DNA of 64,000 nucleotides, from contig CAVYGB010000008.1 in the NCBI GenBank assembly GCA_963767925.1, positions 1,504,001 to 1,568,000 on the forward strand. Reading direction: 5' to 3'. The position numbers and the translations under genes are program-made. Below the pieces are notes generated by a model. The model had not been told where the DNA came from. It saw nothing but the letters and a program-made list of their open reading frames with translations, and searched no databases. Shown piece by piece: positions 19,810 through 30,449 of this stretch; position 1 is the stretch's first letter; every line of letters starts with the position of its first letter. The stretch comes from an uncultured delta proteobacterium (GTDB taxonomy: Bacteria; Myxococcota_A; Polyangia; Fen-1088).

Positions 19810-21673
19810 ATGAGTGACGCGACCGCTGCATCCCCGACCGGCGCCGGCCGGATCCGGATCCTCCCGGCCGAGCTGGCCGAGCAGATCGCCGCCGGAGAGG
19901 TCGTCGAGCGCCCCGCCTCGGTGGTCAAGGAGCTGGTGGAGAACGCCCTCGATGCCGGCGCCCGGAAGATCGAGGTCGCGATCGAGTCCGGCGGCCGCCG
20001 GCTCCTGCGCGTTGTCGACGACGGCTGCGGCATGACGCCCGCCGAGGCCCGCCTGGCCCTGCGCCGGCACGCCACCTCCAAGCTGAAGGCCGCCGACGAC
20101 CTGTGGTCGCTGGCGACCTTCGGGTTCCGGGGCGAGGCCTTGCCGTCGATCGCCTCCGTCTCCCGGCTCAAGCTGCAGACGAAGACCGCCGACAGCGTGG
20201 CCGGCTTTCGGCTCGTGCTCGAGGGCGGCCGGGAGATCGAGGCGCGCGAGACGGGCATGCCGGACGGCACCCAGATCGAGGTCAGCGACCTGTTCTTCAA
20301 CACCCCCGTGCGGCTCAAGTTCCTCAAGGCCGAGGCGACCGAGTCGGGCAACGTGGCCGACGCGCTCCTGCGGCTGGCGCTGGCCAACCCCGCCGTCCAC
20401 TTCCGGCTGCGCAGCGACGAGCGGTCGGTGCTGGACCTGCCGCCGGTGCCGATCCTGGCCGAGCGGGTCCGCAGCGCCCTCGGGCGCCGGGGCACGGGGG
20501 TGCTGCACGAGGCGCTCGGCGAGGAGAACGGGGTGCGCGTGCAGGCCCTGGTGGCGGCGCCCGAGGAGGCGAGCAACACCCCCCGCAACACCTTCCTCTT
20601 CGTCAACGGGCGCTCGGTCCGGGATCGGACCCTGCTCTCTGCCCTCGGCCTGGCCTACGGCGAGCTGCTCGAGCGGGGGCGCTACCCGCTGGGCGTGCTT
20701 TTCCTCCAGGTGCCGGGCCAGGAGGTGGACGTCAACGTCCACCCCCAGAAGCTCGAGGTTCGCTTCGCCCGGGCCCAGGAGGTCGCCGCCGCCGTCCGCC
20801 ACGTCGTCGGCGCGGCGATCGCCCGCGCGCCCTGGCTGGCGCCCGCCCAGGTCGTCTACGCACGGCCCGCCCGCCCCGCCCGACGGGGCCCGCGATCGGC
20901 CCTGGGACGCTGGCCCCTCGGGGACCTGGTCGGTCCGGGAGGCGGGGGCCCGGGCCGCGGCGGGCAGCCAGCGGAGCTTCGACCGGCCGGCCCCGGTCGA
21001 CCCGGCGCCCGTACTGCCGGATCGGCCGCCCGCCTTCCCCTGGGCGCCGCCCCCCGCCGAGGCGGGCCTCGCCACGCCGGACGCCTTCTTCGGAGACCTG
21101 ACCTACATCGGCCAGCTGCACGGGACCTATCTGGTGTGCGAGGCGCCGGGTGAGCTGGTGCTGGTGGACCAGCACGCCTCGCACGAGCGGCTCACCTTCC
21201 AGCGCCTGCGGCGGGCCTACCGCAGCCGGCAGGTGGCGCAGCAGCGGCTGCTCTTCCCGGTCGAGGTGGAGCTCGACGAGGCGGCGCTGGCCACCATCGA
21301 CAGCGAGGCCGCCGCGAGCCTGCTGTCGGGGCTGGGCTTCGAGGTCGAGGGCTGGGGCGGGCGCCGGCTGGTGCTGCGGGCGGTGCCCGACCTGCTCAAG
21401 GATGCCGACCCCCGCCCGCTGCTGCTGGACGCCCTGCACGGCCTGGGCGAGGGACCGCACTTCAGCGAGGCCGAGGGCGCCCTCGACCACCTGTTCGCCA
21501 CCCTCGCGTGCCACGGGTCGCGCCGGGGGGGCGACGTGATGGGGCGGCCGGAGGCCGAGGCGCTGCTCCAGTCCCTCGATGCCTCCGACTTCCGATCGCA
21601 TTGCCCCCACGGACGCCCGGTGCTCGTTCGCTTTTCCATCACCGAGCTGGAACGGCGCTTCGGGCGTGCCTGA
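19810..21673 (+). CDS. mutL: DNA mismatch repair endonuclease MutL, one apparent frameshift in the linker (~20865)
   Basis: IAAGEVVERPASVVKELVENALDAGA, HATSK, GFRGEAL, DVNVHP; C-terminal DQHASHER, ACH, CPHGRP in the shifted frame. Confidence 0.95.
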
Positions 21674-22589
21674 TCCGCCGCGGCTCGTCGCCATCCTGGG
21701 CCCCACCGCGGCCGGCAAGAGCGCCCTGGGCCTGGAGGTGGCCGACCGGCTGGGTGGCGAGATCCTCTGCTGCGACTCGGTCCAGGTCTACCGGGGCCTG
21801 GACATCGGGAGCGCCAAGCCGAGCCGGGCCGACCAGGCCCAGGTGCCCCACCACCTCCTCGACCTCGTGCCGCCGGACGAGCCCTTTCACGCCGCCCGCT
21901 GGGCCCGCGAGGCGCGCACCGCCCTCGAAGGGGTGACCGGCCGCGGGCGGCTGCCGGTGCTGGTGGGCGGCACCGGCCTCTACTTCCGGGCGCTGCTGCG
22001 GGGCCTGTTCGACGCGCCGCCGCCCGACCCGGCTATCCGGGCCCGGCACCAGGAAGAGGCCCGGGCCGAGGGGGTGAGCGCCCTGCACCAGCGCCTGGCC
22101 GCGGTCGATCCCGAGGCGGCCGCGCGCATCCACGCCGGGGACCTGCTGCGCATCAGCCGCGCGCTGGAGGTCTTCGAGCAGACGGGCATCCCGCTGACCG
22201 CTCTCCACCGGGCCGCGCCGGAGCCACCGCCGCTTTGCTGCTTCACGGTCGTCCTCGATCCGCCGACGCCGGAGCTGCGGACCCGGGTCTCGACGCGGGT
22301 GGACGCGATGCTGGCGGCCGGCTGGGTCGACGAGGTGCGTGCCCTGCGCGACGCAGGCTTCGGTGCGTCGCGCGCCCTGCAGTCGCTGGGCTACCGCCAG
22401 ATCGGCCAGCTCCTCGATGGCCACCTGACGCCCGAGCAGGCGCTGGCGGACACCAAGCTGGCCACCGCGGCCTACGCGCGCCGTCAGCGAACCTGGTTCC
22501 AGAAGGAGCCCGCAGACCTCTTGCTGCAGGGGGCTTTCGACCTGGAACCGGTGCTCGCCTCCGTCGCGGCCTGGGCCGACTTGCGCTAG
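21666..22589 (+). CDS. miaA: tRNA dimethylallyltransferase
   Basis: GPTAAGKS, DSVQVYRGLDIGSAKP, VGGTGLY, SLGY, YARRQRTWF; GTG start overlaps mutL end. Confidence 0.96.
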   Translation: MPDPPRLVAILGPTAAGKSALGLEVADRLGGEILCCDSVQVYRGLDIGSAKPSRADQAQVPHHLLDLVPPDEPFHAARWAREARTALEGVTGRGRLPVLVGGTGLYFRALLRGLFDAPPPDPAIRARHQEEARAEGVSALHQRLAAVDPEAAARIHAGDLLRISRALEVFEQTGIPLTALHRAAPEPPPLCCFTVVLDPPTPELRTRVSTRVDAMLAAGWVDEVRALRDAGFGASRALQSLGYRQIGQLLDGHLTPEQALADTKLATAAYARRQRTWFQKEPADLLLQGAFDLEPVLASVAAWADLR

Positions 22590-22601
22590 TCTCACGCCGC
22601 C

Positions 22602-23588
22602 ATGGCGACCCCTTCCGAGACGCCCGTGCTGGAGTTCGAGCGTCCCGTCGTCGAGCTCGAGCGCAAGATCGCCGAGCTCAGGCGCATTGCGTCTTCATCC
22701 ACGGACTTCGACCGGGAGGTCAAGGCGCTGGAGGCGCGGGTCGTGGACCTGCAGCGCGAGATCTTCGCCGACCTGACCCCCTGGCAGACCGTCCTGCTCT
22801 CCCGACATCCGGGTCGCCCCTACACCGCCGACTACCTCGGCCGGCTGGTGACCGACTTCGTCGAGATACACGGAGACCGGCGCTTCGGCGACGACCCCGC
22901 CATCCTCTCGGGCTTCGGCTGGTTCGACGACCTCCCGGTGCTGTGCCTGGGTCACCAGAAGGGCCGGACCACCCGGGAAAACGTCCTGCGAAACTTCGGC
23001 ATGCCCAAGCCGGAGGGGTACCGCAAGGCCCTGCGCCTCATGGAGCTGGCCGCCCGATTCCGCCGGCCCATCCTCTGCTTCATCGACACCACCGGCGCCT
23101 ACCCGGGGCTCGACGCGGAGGAGCGGGGCCAGGCCGAGGCCATCGCCAAGAACCTGGAGGTGATGTCCGCGCTGCCGGTCCCCATCGTGGCGGCGGTGAT
23201 CGGCGAGGGCGGCTCGGGCGGCGCGCTGGCGCTCGGGGTGGCCGACCGGATCTTGATGCTGGAGTATTCGGTCTATTCCGTGATCTCGCCCGAGGGCTGC
23301 GCCTCGATCCTCTGGCGAGACGACGACAAGAAGGGCGACGCGGCCGCCGCCATGAAGATGACCGCCCGGGATCTGCAGCGCCTGGGGGTGGTGGACGAGG
23401 TCGTCCGGGAGGCCCCCGGCGGGGCCCACCGGGACGCCGACGTCACCGCCAAGAACCTGGGGAACGCCCTCCGGCGCCACCTGGCCGAGCTCTGGGCGCT
23501 TTCGCCCGAGCGTCTGGTGGAGATGCGTTACGAAAAGTACCGGGCCATGGGCGCCTTCACCGAAGCCAGCATCGCGTCGGCTATTTGA
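22602..23588 (+). CDS. accA: Acetyl-CoA carboxylase carboxyltransferase alpha
   Basis: LEFERP, RHPGRP, HGDRRFGDD, NFGMPKPEGYRKA, GEGGSGGALA, YSVISPEGCA. Confidence 0.98.
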   Translation: MATPSETPVLEFERPVVELERKIAELRRIASSSTDFDREVKALEARVVDLQREIFADLTPWQTVLLSRHPGRPYTADYLGRLVTDFVEIHGDRRFGDDPAILSGFGWFDDLPVLCLGHQKGRTTRENVLRNFGMPKPEGYRKALRLMELAARFRRPILCFIDTTGAYPGLDAEERGQAEAIAKNLEVMSALPVPIVAAVIGEGGSGGALALGVADRILMLEYSVYSVISPEGCASILWRDDDKKGDAAAAMKMTARDLQRLGVVDEVVREAPGGAHRDADVTAKNLGNALRRHLAELWALSPERLVEMRYEKYRAMGAFTEASIASAI

Positions 23589-23652
23589 TCTGCGCCGAGC
23601 TCCTGTTTCGCCCCTCGCCGGCGGCGCATTTGATCGATAATCCGCCCCGGTC

Positions 23653-24666
23653 ATGAGCGACGCCGCACCCCCCCCAGGCAGCAAACGTTCATCGAGCCCG
23701 GGCGCCGAGGAGATCCTCGGCCGCTACTTCCCGGTGCTCGACCACGGCTTCGTGGCGCTGGTCGACTACATGGGGACCGACGTCGACATCGAGCGCGCCG
23801 CCCGGGTGAGCTACGGCTACGGCACCCGCCAGCGCACCCAGACCCGGGGATTGATCCGCTACCTCCGCCGGCACAAGCACACAACCCCGAGCGAGATGGT
23901 GGAGCTCAAGTTCCACTGCTGCATGCCCATCTTCATCGCCCGCCAGTGGATCCGGCACCGCACCGCCAACGTCAACGAATACAGCGGCCGCTATTCGCTG
24001 ATCCCCCTGCTGTTCTACCAGCCTCCCGCCGCCGCCCTGCAGACCCAGAGCGTGCGCAACAACCAGGGACGGAGCGGGCAGGCGCTCGACGAGGGGCTGG
24101 CCGCGGAGGCCGCCCGGCGCTGGAGCGAAGCGCGCCGGCAAGCGGCCGGGACCTACGAGTGGCTCACCGACAACGACGTGGCCCGCGAGCTGGCCCGCAT
24201 CGATCTGCCGCTCTCGACGTACACGCAGTGGTACTGGAAGATCGACCTGCACAACCTGCTGCACTTTCTCACCCTGCGGGTCGACGCCCACGCCCAGTGG
24301 GAGATCCAGCAGTTTGGCCAGGTGATGGCCGGGATGCTCAAGCGAGTCGCCCCGCTCTCGTACGAGGCCTGGATCGACTACGACGTCTGCGGCGCCCCCC
24401 TGTCGCGCATGGAGCTCGACGTGGTGCGGTCACTGCTGCAGCCGGACGGGGCAGGGGGCCTGCGGTCGGCCGAGGCCTCCGTCTCCCGGGAAGCCCTGCT
24501 GAAGGCCGGGCTGGCGAACCGCGAGGCCGACGAGCTGCTGGCCAAGCTGACCCGGCGCGACCCACCCGACTTCGAGCTCGACCTCGCCTCGGGGCAGCCG
24601 CCCGAGCACTTTGCCCGGCGGTTCGAGGCCGCGGTTCCTGGCGCCGACACACCACCCGAGCTTTGA
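23653..24666 (+). CDS. thyX: FAD-dependent thymidylate synthase
   Basis: AARVSY, HTTPSE, RQWIRHRTANVNEYSGRY (RHRx7S), HAQWEI. Confidence 0.96.
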   Translation: MSDAAPPPGSKRSSSPGAEEILGRYFPVLDHGFVALVDYMGTDVDIERAARVSYGYGTRQRTQTRGLIRYLRRHKHTTPSEMVELKFHCCMPIFIARQWIRHRTANVNEYSGRYSLIPLLFYQPPAAALQTQSVRNNQGRSGQALDEGLAAEAARRWSEARRQAAGTYEWLTDNDVARELARIDLPLSTYTQWYWKIDLHNLLHFLTLRVDAHAQWEIQQFGQVMAGMLKRVAPLSYEAWIDYDVCGAPLSRMELDVVRSLLQPDGAGGLRSAEASVSREALLKAGLANREADELLAKLTRRDPPDFELDLASGQPPEHFARRFEAAVPGADTPPEL

Positions 24667-24754
24667 CACGATGTAACCCCAGGTTTCCTAGCCAGCCGAG
24701 AGATGGACAGAGACGGGGGCTGGCGGGGCACTTAACTCACGGAGGATCACGAAC

Positions 24755-26212
24755 ATGACATGGAAGGCCCTCGTCCTTGGCGCCACGACCGGCGGGCTCC
24801 TCGGTTTTGCCTGCTCCAACCCGGCCGTCCGTGAGCTCGGGGGCGGCATGACGCCCGGCAATGCGCCCGCACCCGCCGCAGGGGTTCCGGCCGCCCCCGG
24901 CTTCGTCCTGCCTCCCCCGTCCAGCAGCGCGCCCACCGCGCCCGGCGCCGGGCCCTGCGTGAACCTCCAGTGCCAGCAGACCACCTGCACCTCGGGGGCC
25001 TGCACCCAGCGGGCCTGTCCGGCCGGGCAGCGGACGACCTTGCGCGGCAAGGTGTTCGAGCCAGCCGGCCGGGTGCCCCTCTACAACGTGCTGGTCTACG
25101 TCCCCAACGCGCCCCTGGATCCCATCCCGGTCGGCCCAACCTGCGATCGCTGCGATACCCCGACCTCGGGCAAGCCCATCGCCGCGGCGCTCAGCGACAC
25201 GAAGGGGGAGTTCCTCCTCGACAACGTGCCGGCCGGCGAGAACATCCCCCTCGTGATCCAGGTCGGCAAGTGGCGGCGAGAGGTCACCGTCCCGCGCACG
25301 CAGGCCTGCGCCGAGACCATCCTCGACGACCCCAACCTGCTGCGCCTGCCCCGCAACCAGTCCGAGGGGAATATCCCCAAGATCGCGCTGACCACGGGAG
25401 GCGCCGACCGGCTCGAGTGCCTGCTGCGGAAGATCGGCCTCGACGACAGCGAGTTCACCCCGGAGACCGGTGGCGGTCGGGTCAACCTCTTCGCCGCCCG
25501 GGGCATGACGACGTCGGCTTATGCCCCCACCTTGAACGGCGGCGCCGCCTTCACCCCGGCCGCGACCTTCTGGGAGGACCCGGCGGCATTCAAGCGCTAC
25601 GACATGGTCCTGCTCTCCTGCGAGGGGATGCAGTACCCGATGGACAAGAGCCCCAACGCCCGGGCGGCGGTGATGGCCTACGCCGACCAGGGCGGGCGGC
25701 TCTTCGCCTCCCACTGGCACAACATCTGGCTGCAGGGGGGACCCGCCCCCTGGTCCGAGGTCGCGACCTTCACCAACACCCAGCAGACCTTGCCCAACAA
25801 CTACGTGGGCGACGTGCAGACGTCGTTCCCGAAGGGCAACGCCCTGGCTGACTGGCTGGTCAACGTCGGCGCGTCGACAACCCGGGGCCAGCTCCCCATC
25901 CAGGAGGGCAAGCGCACGGTCGGCGCCGTCAACAAGACCTACTCCACCGCCTGGATCCAGAGCCCGCCGGATCAGCCGGCCGGCGTCCAGTACTTCACCT
26001 TCAACACGCCGGCGGGGGCCATGGCCGGCCGGGAGTGCGGGCGGGTGGTCTTCACCGACATCCACGTGTCGGCCGGTGACGTGGCCGGCCCGCCCTTCCC
26101 CAACGGATGCGTGACGACCGAGCTCTCCCCGCAGGAGAAGGCGCTGGCCTTCATCCTGTTCGACCTGTCGTCCTGCGTTCAGCCGGACGACAGGCCGCCG
26201 GTGATCCCGTAA
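24755..26212 (+). CDS. Myxobacterial Cys-rich lipoprotein with carboxypeptidase-regulatory-like domain
   Basis: RBS GGAGG; lipobox GFAC; CVNLQCQQ, PLYNVLVYVP, LVIQVGKWRR, CGRVVFTDIHV, QEKALAFILFDLSSC. Confidence 0.8.
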   Translation: MTWKALVLGATTGGLLGFACSNPAVRELGGGMTPGNAPAPAAGVPAAPGFVLPPPSSSAPTAPGAGPCVNLQCQQTTCTSGACTQRACPAGQRTTLRGKVFEPAGRVPLYNVLVYVPNAPLDPIPVGPTCDRCDTPTSGKPIAAALSDTKGEFLLDNVPAGENIPLVIQVGKWRREVTVPRTQACAETILDDPNLLRLPRNQSEGNIPKIALTTGGADRLECLLRKIGLDDSEFTPETGGGRVNLFAARGMTTSAYAPTLNGGAAFTPAATFWEDPAAFKRYDMVLLSCEGMQYPMDKSPNARAAVMAYADQGGRLFASHWHNIWLQGGPAPWSEVATFTNTQQTLPNNYVGDVQTSFPKGNALADWLVNVGASTTRGQLPIQEGKRTVGAVNKTYSTAWIQSPPDQPAGVQYFTFNTPAGAMAGRECGRVVFTDIHVSAGDVAGPPFPNGCVTTELSPQEKALAFILFDLSSCVQPDDRPPVIP

Positions 26213-26240
26213 GCGACCCGGGCCCGCTCGCCGCCCCCCC

Positions 26241-27734
26241 CTACCGGGCGGCGGCGGCGGGGACGGGGCAACGGTCCGCGGAGGTCCCGTCGATGCAGGT
26301 CAGGCAGTTGACGACCTGGAGGGTGTTCGGGGGCGGAGGCGTGTCGTTGAGGCGACGCACCGTGGTCCGGTACCCCGAACCGCAGGCCGCGTCCGCCGTC
26401 AGCTCCCAGCAGGGGGGGCTCCCGAGCTGGCAGTTCGGCAGGGCCTGCTCGTTGTAGCCCCCGCCCTGGTCGCGGGGGACCCGGTCGCGGACCTGGCAGT
26501 CCGGCTGCACGCCCGCCTGCTGCAGGTCGGTGTCGACGAGCTGGCTGGTGATGCAGGTGTTCTCGAGGACGAGGGCGAACTTCTCACCGATCTGCCTCAT
26601 GGCCTCTCCCAGGTCGGCCTGGCAGATGGTGTGCAACGTGTTGTTGCGGAAGCTCTTGGTGAACTGCTCGAGCCGGATGGCGGGGGAGGCGGCCCCGGTG
26701 GTCATATCGGCGCAGGCCGGCTGCAGGTCCAGCTCGGGGCCGGACTGGGGGTTGGCCCGCTCGAACAGACCGTACGGCGTCTCGGCGACCCCGGTGTACC
26801 CCACGATTGACGAGACGATGATCTTGTCCTCGTTGCCACCCTTGACCGCCTTGATGAAGTCCACGAAGTCCTTCACGTTGATGAGGCGGGAGGTCTTCTC
26901 GTTCGGCTGGCGCTCGTAGGGGCGGCACATCCCGACGGTGGAGCGGAAGTCCTTGGAGGGCGTGACGGGCTGACCGCCGCACACGTGGCCGAGGAGGGCA
27001 CAGCGGAGGCTGCCGGCCTGGCCGGGGACGGGCTCCTGGTAAAAGGCCGCCTCGGGATCGCCCGAGCAGTCGTCCTCGTCGCTGAGGATCACGACGCCCA
27101 GGAAGGCGTCCCGGCGCAGGAAGTTCCGGTTCTGAGGGCTGATCGTCGAGCTGGGATCGCTGGCCGCCAGCGCGGCGCGGAGCGACTGGAGCTGGTGCTC
27201 GTAGCCGCAGCCGCCGATGCCGAGGCTGGCCATGCAGCTGAACACGTTGGTCAGGTCGCCGCCGAAGTTCTTGGTCCCTTTCCCGTCGATCGACAGCCAG
27301 AAGCCGTTGTTGGCCGTGTCGAGGCCGCAGTTCGGACGCACCAGGAAACCACCCCGATCGCCGTACACCGGGCACTCCGCCGCGGGCATGCCCGGACCGG
27401 CCCCGAAGTTACTGGAGATGACGCCGATGCGAATGTCGGGGAGGCCGCCCTTGATGGCCTCGAGCTGCCGCATGAACGCGGGGAAGTTGCGCTTGATGTT
27501 CTCCTGCTCCTCTTGCATCGAGCTGGAGTTGTCGATGACGAAGATCAGGTCGAGCTGGCGCAGGGGATTGAGCTCGTAGATCCGGTCGGTCTGGGCTTCG
27601 GGCGCGGGCGCGGGCTGCTCGAAGGGATGGGAGTTGCAGGCCCACAGCGTGGCGGGCACCACCAGCGCAGCCGCCAGCCAACGAAGGTTCCGCCAGCGCA
27701 ACAGGTTGCGGGTGGTTTCAGAAAAGCCAATCAT
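26241..27734 (-). CDS. Cys-rich vWA-domain lipoprotein
   Basis: RBS AGGAGG; lipobox LWAC; LDLIFVIDNSSSM (MIDAS), GCGYE, FLRRDA, SDEDDCS. Confidence 0.82.
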   Translation of the reverse strand: MIGFSETTRNLLRWRNLRWLAAALVVPATLWACNSHPFEQPAPAPEAQTDRIYELNPLRQLDLIFVIDNSSSMQEEQENIKRNFPAFMRQLEAIKGGLPDIRIGVISSNFGAGPGMPAAECPVYGDRGGFLVRPNCGLDTANNGFWLSIDGKGTKNFGGDLTNVFSCMASLGIGGCGYEHQLQSLRAALAASDPSSTISPQNRNFLRRDAFLGVVILSDEDDCSGDPEAAFYQEPVPGQAGSLRCALLGHVCGGQPVTPSKDFRSTVGMCRPYERQPNEKTSRLINVKDFVDFIKAVKGGNEDKIIVSSIVGYTGVAETPYGLFERANPQSGPELDLQPACADMTTGAASPAIRLEQFTKSFRNNTLHTICQADLGEAMRQIGEKFALVLENTCITSQLVDTDLQQAGVQPDCQVRDRVPRDQGGGYNEQALPNCQLGSPPCWELTADAACGSGYRTTVRRLNDTPPPPNTLQVVNCLTCIDGTSADRCPVPAAAAR

Positions 27735-28020
27735 CGAGTCCTCCTGGAGCGGGGCAATACGTCCTCACGGGGGGAACTCCCACGCCCCCCCGGATCCGGG
27801 GAGGGGAGCCGTCGTCAACGACCAATCTTGCATGAAAGGGTAGCTGCGCGTTCAGGGACCCACGCCGTGGCGACGCTGGAAAAGGCCTCCAGCGCGGGCC
27901 CAGAGAACGGCGGAGATGCTAGCACGAGGGGCCCGGCGGCCGGGACAAATGTGGGCGGATCTCACCGCCTGTGGGTCGCCCTCGGGGTGTCGCCTCCGGG
28001 CTCGCCAGCGGCGGTCGCGC

Positions 28021-29118
28021 TCAGATGGCGCCGGCCGGCTCCTCGACGGCACGGCCCGGGTTCCCGGGCTGCTCGGTGCGAGGAACGAGCGCAGGGTCGA
28101 TCGACGGCTCGGGCGGCCCGGGTGCTTCGGCGGGTGGAGGCGGAGTTGCAGCGGGCGCCGCGCCGGCCAGCCTGGGGGGCACCAACCTGGCCCGCCGAGC
28201 TACCACCCAGTCGGAGACCCGGGCGACGTCGCCGAACCGGGTGAGCTCGCCCTCGGTTCCCAGGAAGGCCATCCCGAGGGTCCGGCCGCCGACCTTCGCC
28301 GCCAGCACGAGACAGTACCGTGCAGCGTTGTTGAATCCCGTCTTCCCGCCCAGGACCAGGGTATTGGCCCGCGAGGCAGGTCGGTGGGTGTTGACGTAAT
28401 GAATCGGGCCCCGGCCCAGCGGCCGCACCTCGTACTCCAGCCGGCTGGTGATCGGCCCCAGCAGGGGATGGTCCATCACGGCCCGCAGCAAGGCGATCGT
28501 CTCGCGGGGGGTCGAGCGGTTCTCCGGCGACAGGCCGGTCGGCTCGACGAAGCGGGTCTCGCGCAGCCCCAGGCGCCGGGCGGTGGCGGTCATGGCCGCC
28601 GCGAGGGCGCGGGCGTCCAGCCGGACCGCTCGACCGAGGGCCGACACAGCGCGGTTGTCCGAGCCGAGCAGCGCCGCGTGGAGCAGGTCGAGGTTCGAGA
28701 GGGTCAAGCCTTCGGCCAGGCGGGAGCGGGCGCCCCCCCGCGCCACGTCCGCGTCCACCCGGGACATGGTCGTCAACTGGTCGAGCGGCAGACCCTTTTC
28801 CACGACGGTCAGGGTGGCGGCCAGCTTCGAGATGGAGGCGATGGCGCGCGGCTCATCGGCGCGGCGGGAGAACAGCTCCTCGCCCTCCTCGAGGTCGATC
28901 ACGAGCGCCCCCTGGGCCTGGACGTTGGGGAGGCTTCCGCGCAACCAGGGGATGGCCGGCCGGGGCCGCAGGCTGCGGCGCGCGCGGCGGGTGGGAGCTA
29001 CCGTCCGGCAGGCCCTTGAAACCGAGGACGGAGCGGGCGGCCCGTCCGCCTGCGCTGTCCCCAGCAGCGAAACCATCCCCAGCGTGAGCGACGCGACCCC
29101 GAGACGAAACCCTCTCAC
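28021..29118 (-). CDS. Peptidase S11 D-Ala-D-Ala endo/carboxypeptidase (PBP7-like)
   Basis: SISK (SxxK), SDN (SxN), KTG motifs; signal peptide. Confidence 0.92.
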   Translation of the reverse strand: MRGFRLGVASLTLGMVSLLGTAQADGPPAPSSVSRACRTVAPTRRARRSLRPRPAIPWLRGSLPNVQAQGALVIDLEEGEELFSRRADEPRAIASISKLAATLTVVEKGLPLDQLTTMSRVDADVARGGARSRLAEGLTLSNLDLLHAALLGSDNRAVSALGRAVRLDARALAAAMTATARRLGLRETRFVEPTGLSPENRSTPRETIALLRAVMDHPLLGPITSRLEYEVRPLGRGPIHYVNTHRPASRANTLVLGGKTGFNNAARYCLVLAAKVGGRTLGMAFLGTEGELTRFGDVARVSDWVVARRARLVPPRLAGAAPAATPPPPAEAPGPPEPSIDPALVPRTEQPGNPGRAVEEPAGAI

Positions 29119-29183
29119 CTTGCCAGGGTAACAACGGCGGAACGGGGGGCAAATTTAGCCCCCTCTCGCCGCCCGCGCGGCCG

Positions 29184-30449
29184 TCAGCCCCCGACCGCCA
29201 GCAAGTGCAGGTCCAGCAGGTTCGAGGTGCCCGGTCCACGCACCAGGCAACCGAGGCCCTGAAGGGGCGCGGCGCTGTTGCAGTCGAGCAGGGCCCGTTC
29301 GGGATCGAGGCCGGCCGCCCGGGCCTGCTCCCAGGTGCGTCCGTCGACCACCGCGCCGGATGCCGAGGTGTTTCCATCGCGGTCGTCGGTGCCGGCTGCC
29401 AGGAACGCCACCCCGTCCAGACCGGCGATCTCCCGGGCCACCAGCAGGGCGAGGTGGGTGGCGCGACCACCCCGACCGTCGCCGCGCACCACGATGGTGG
29501 GCTCGCCATTTCCGATCAGGATGGCGCGACTGCCCGCGGCCGCTTCCCGGCGGGCCCGCTGTCCGTAGTCGAGGGCCAGCGCGTTCACGTCCGCCTCGGT
29601 GTTCAGGGCGAGCTGCCCCGACTGGTAGCTGGCCGCCGCCACCGCCCGGCTCGCCTCCTCGAGGACGCGCTCGGGACCGGCCAGGCGCTGGTATTCGATG
29701 GCCGCCAGGCGAGGGTCGCCCGGCTTGGGCGTGTCGGCAAGCGCGCCGTCCGCGCCGCGCGCCAGGTGGTCCCGGGCGGCGGGCGCCGCGCCCGGAGTCA
29801 GGGCATCGAGCAGGGCCAGCGCCTCCGCGAAGGTGGAGGGATCTGGCGAAAAGGGCCCGGAGGCGATGGTCGCCGGGTCGCTCCCGACCACGTCCGAGAG
29901 GGCCAGCACCCGGGTCGGCACACGGGCGCAGGCCCCGAGGCGCCCGCCTTTCAGCCCCGACAGGTGCTTGCGGACGACGTTGAGCTGGGCGATGCCGGCG
30001 CCGGCCCGCGCCACGGCGCTGGTGGCCGCGCGCTTCTCCTCGAGGGTCAGCCCGGCGGCGGGCAGGACGGCCAGGGCCGAGCCGCCCCCGGACAGCAGGA
30101 CCAGGAGGCGGTCGGGGGGGCGGCGGTCGCGGACGAAGTCCAGCACAGCCTGCCCGGCGCGCAGGCTGGCTTCGCCCGGGACCGGGTGATCGGCCCCGAG
30201 CAGGCGGAAGGCGGGCGGCAGATCGCCGGAGGCGGGCAGGTGCGCGGGCGGAGCCACCACCAGGCCGCCGGCGAGGGGGGCGTCCGGGCCCCGCGCCTGC
30301 AGCAGGCCCCGGACCATCGGGCCCGCGACTTTACCGAGGGCCAGCACGTGGGAGACGTCTGCCAGCGGCGCCTCGGCCACCAGCCGAGCCCCGTCGATGC
30401 GCTCGGTCACCTCGCGAAAGATCTCGCGCAGGCGCTCGGTCGGGCTCAC
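29184..30449 (-). CDS. Glycerate kinase type 2 (DUF4147/MOFRL)
   Basis: ALGKVA, HPVP, LLSGGGSAL, VRKHLS..KGG, SDVVG...IASGP, GEPT, GTDDRDG. Confidence 0.9.
   Translation of the reverse strand: MSPTERLREIFREVTERIDGARLVAEAPLADVSHVLALGKVAGPMVRGLLQARGPDAPLAGGLVVAPPAHLPASGDLPPAFRLLGADHPVPGEASLRAGQAVLDFVRDRRPPDRLLVLLSGGGSALAVLPAAGLTLEEKRAATSAVARAGAGIAQLNVVRKHLSGLKGGRLGACARVPTRVLALSDVVGSDPATIASGPFSPDPSTFAEALALLDALTPGAAPAARDHLARGADGALADTPKPGDPRLAAIEYQRLAGPERVLEEASRAVAAASYQSGQLALNTEADVNALALDYGQRARREAAAGSRAILIGNGEPTIVVRGDGRGGRATHLALLVAREIAGLDGVAFLAAGTDDRDGNTSASGAVVDGRTWEQARAAGLDPERALLDCNSAAPLQGLGCLVRGPGTSNLLDLHLLAVGG

Noticed and set aside
24667..24754. Riboswitch upstream of the Cys-rich lipoprotein
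   Set aside because: One stem is present, but there is no match to the c-di-GMP, SAM, cobalamin or other aptamer cores I can recall.
29137..29172. Hairpin GGGGGC-AAATTTA-GCCCCC as terminator after glycerate kinase
   Set aside because: No convincing U-tract, and it sits just before the co-directional peptidase start; ambiguous.
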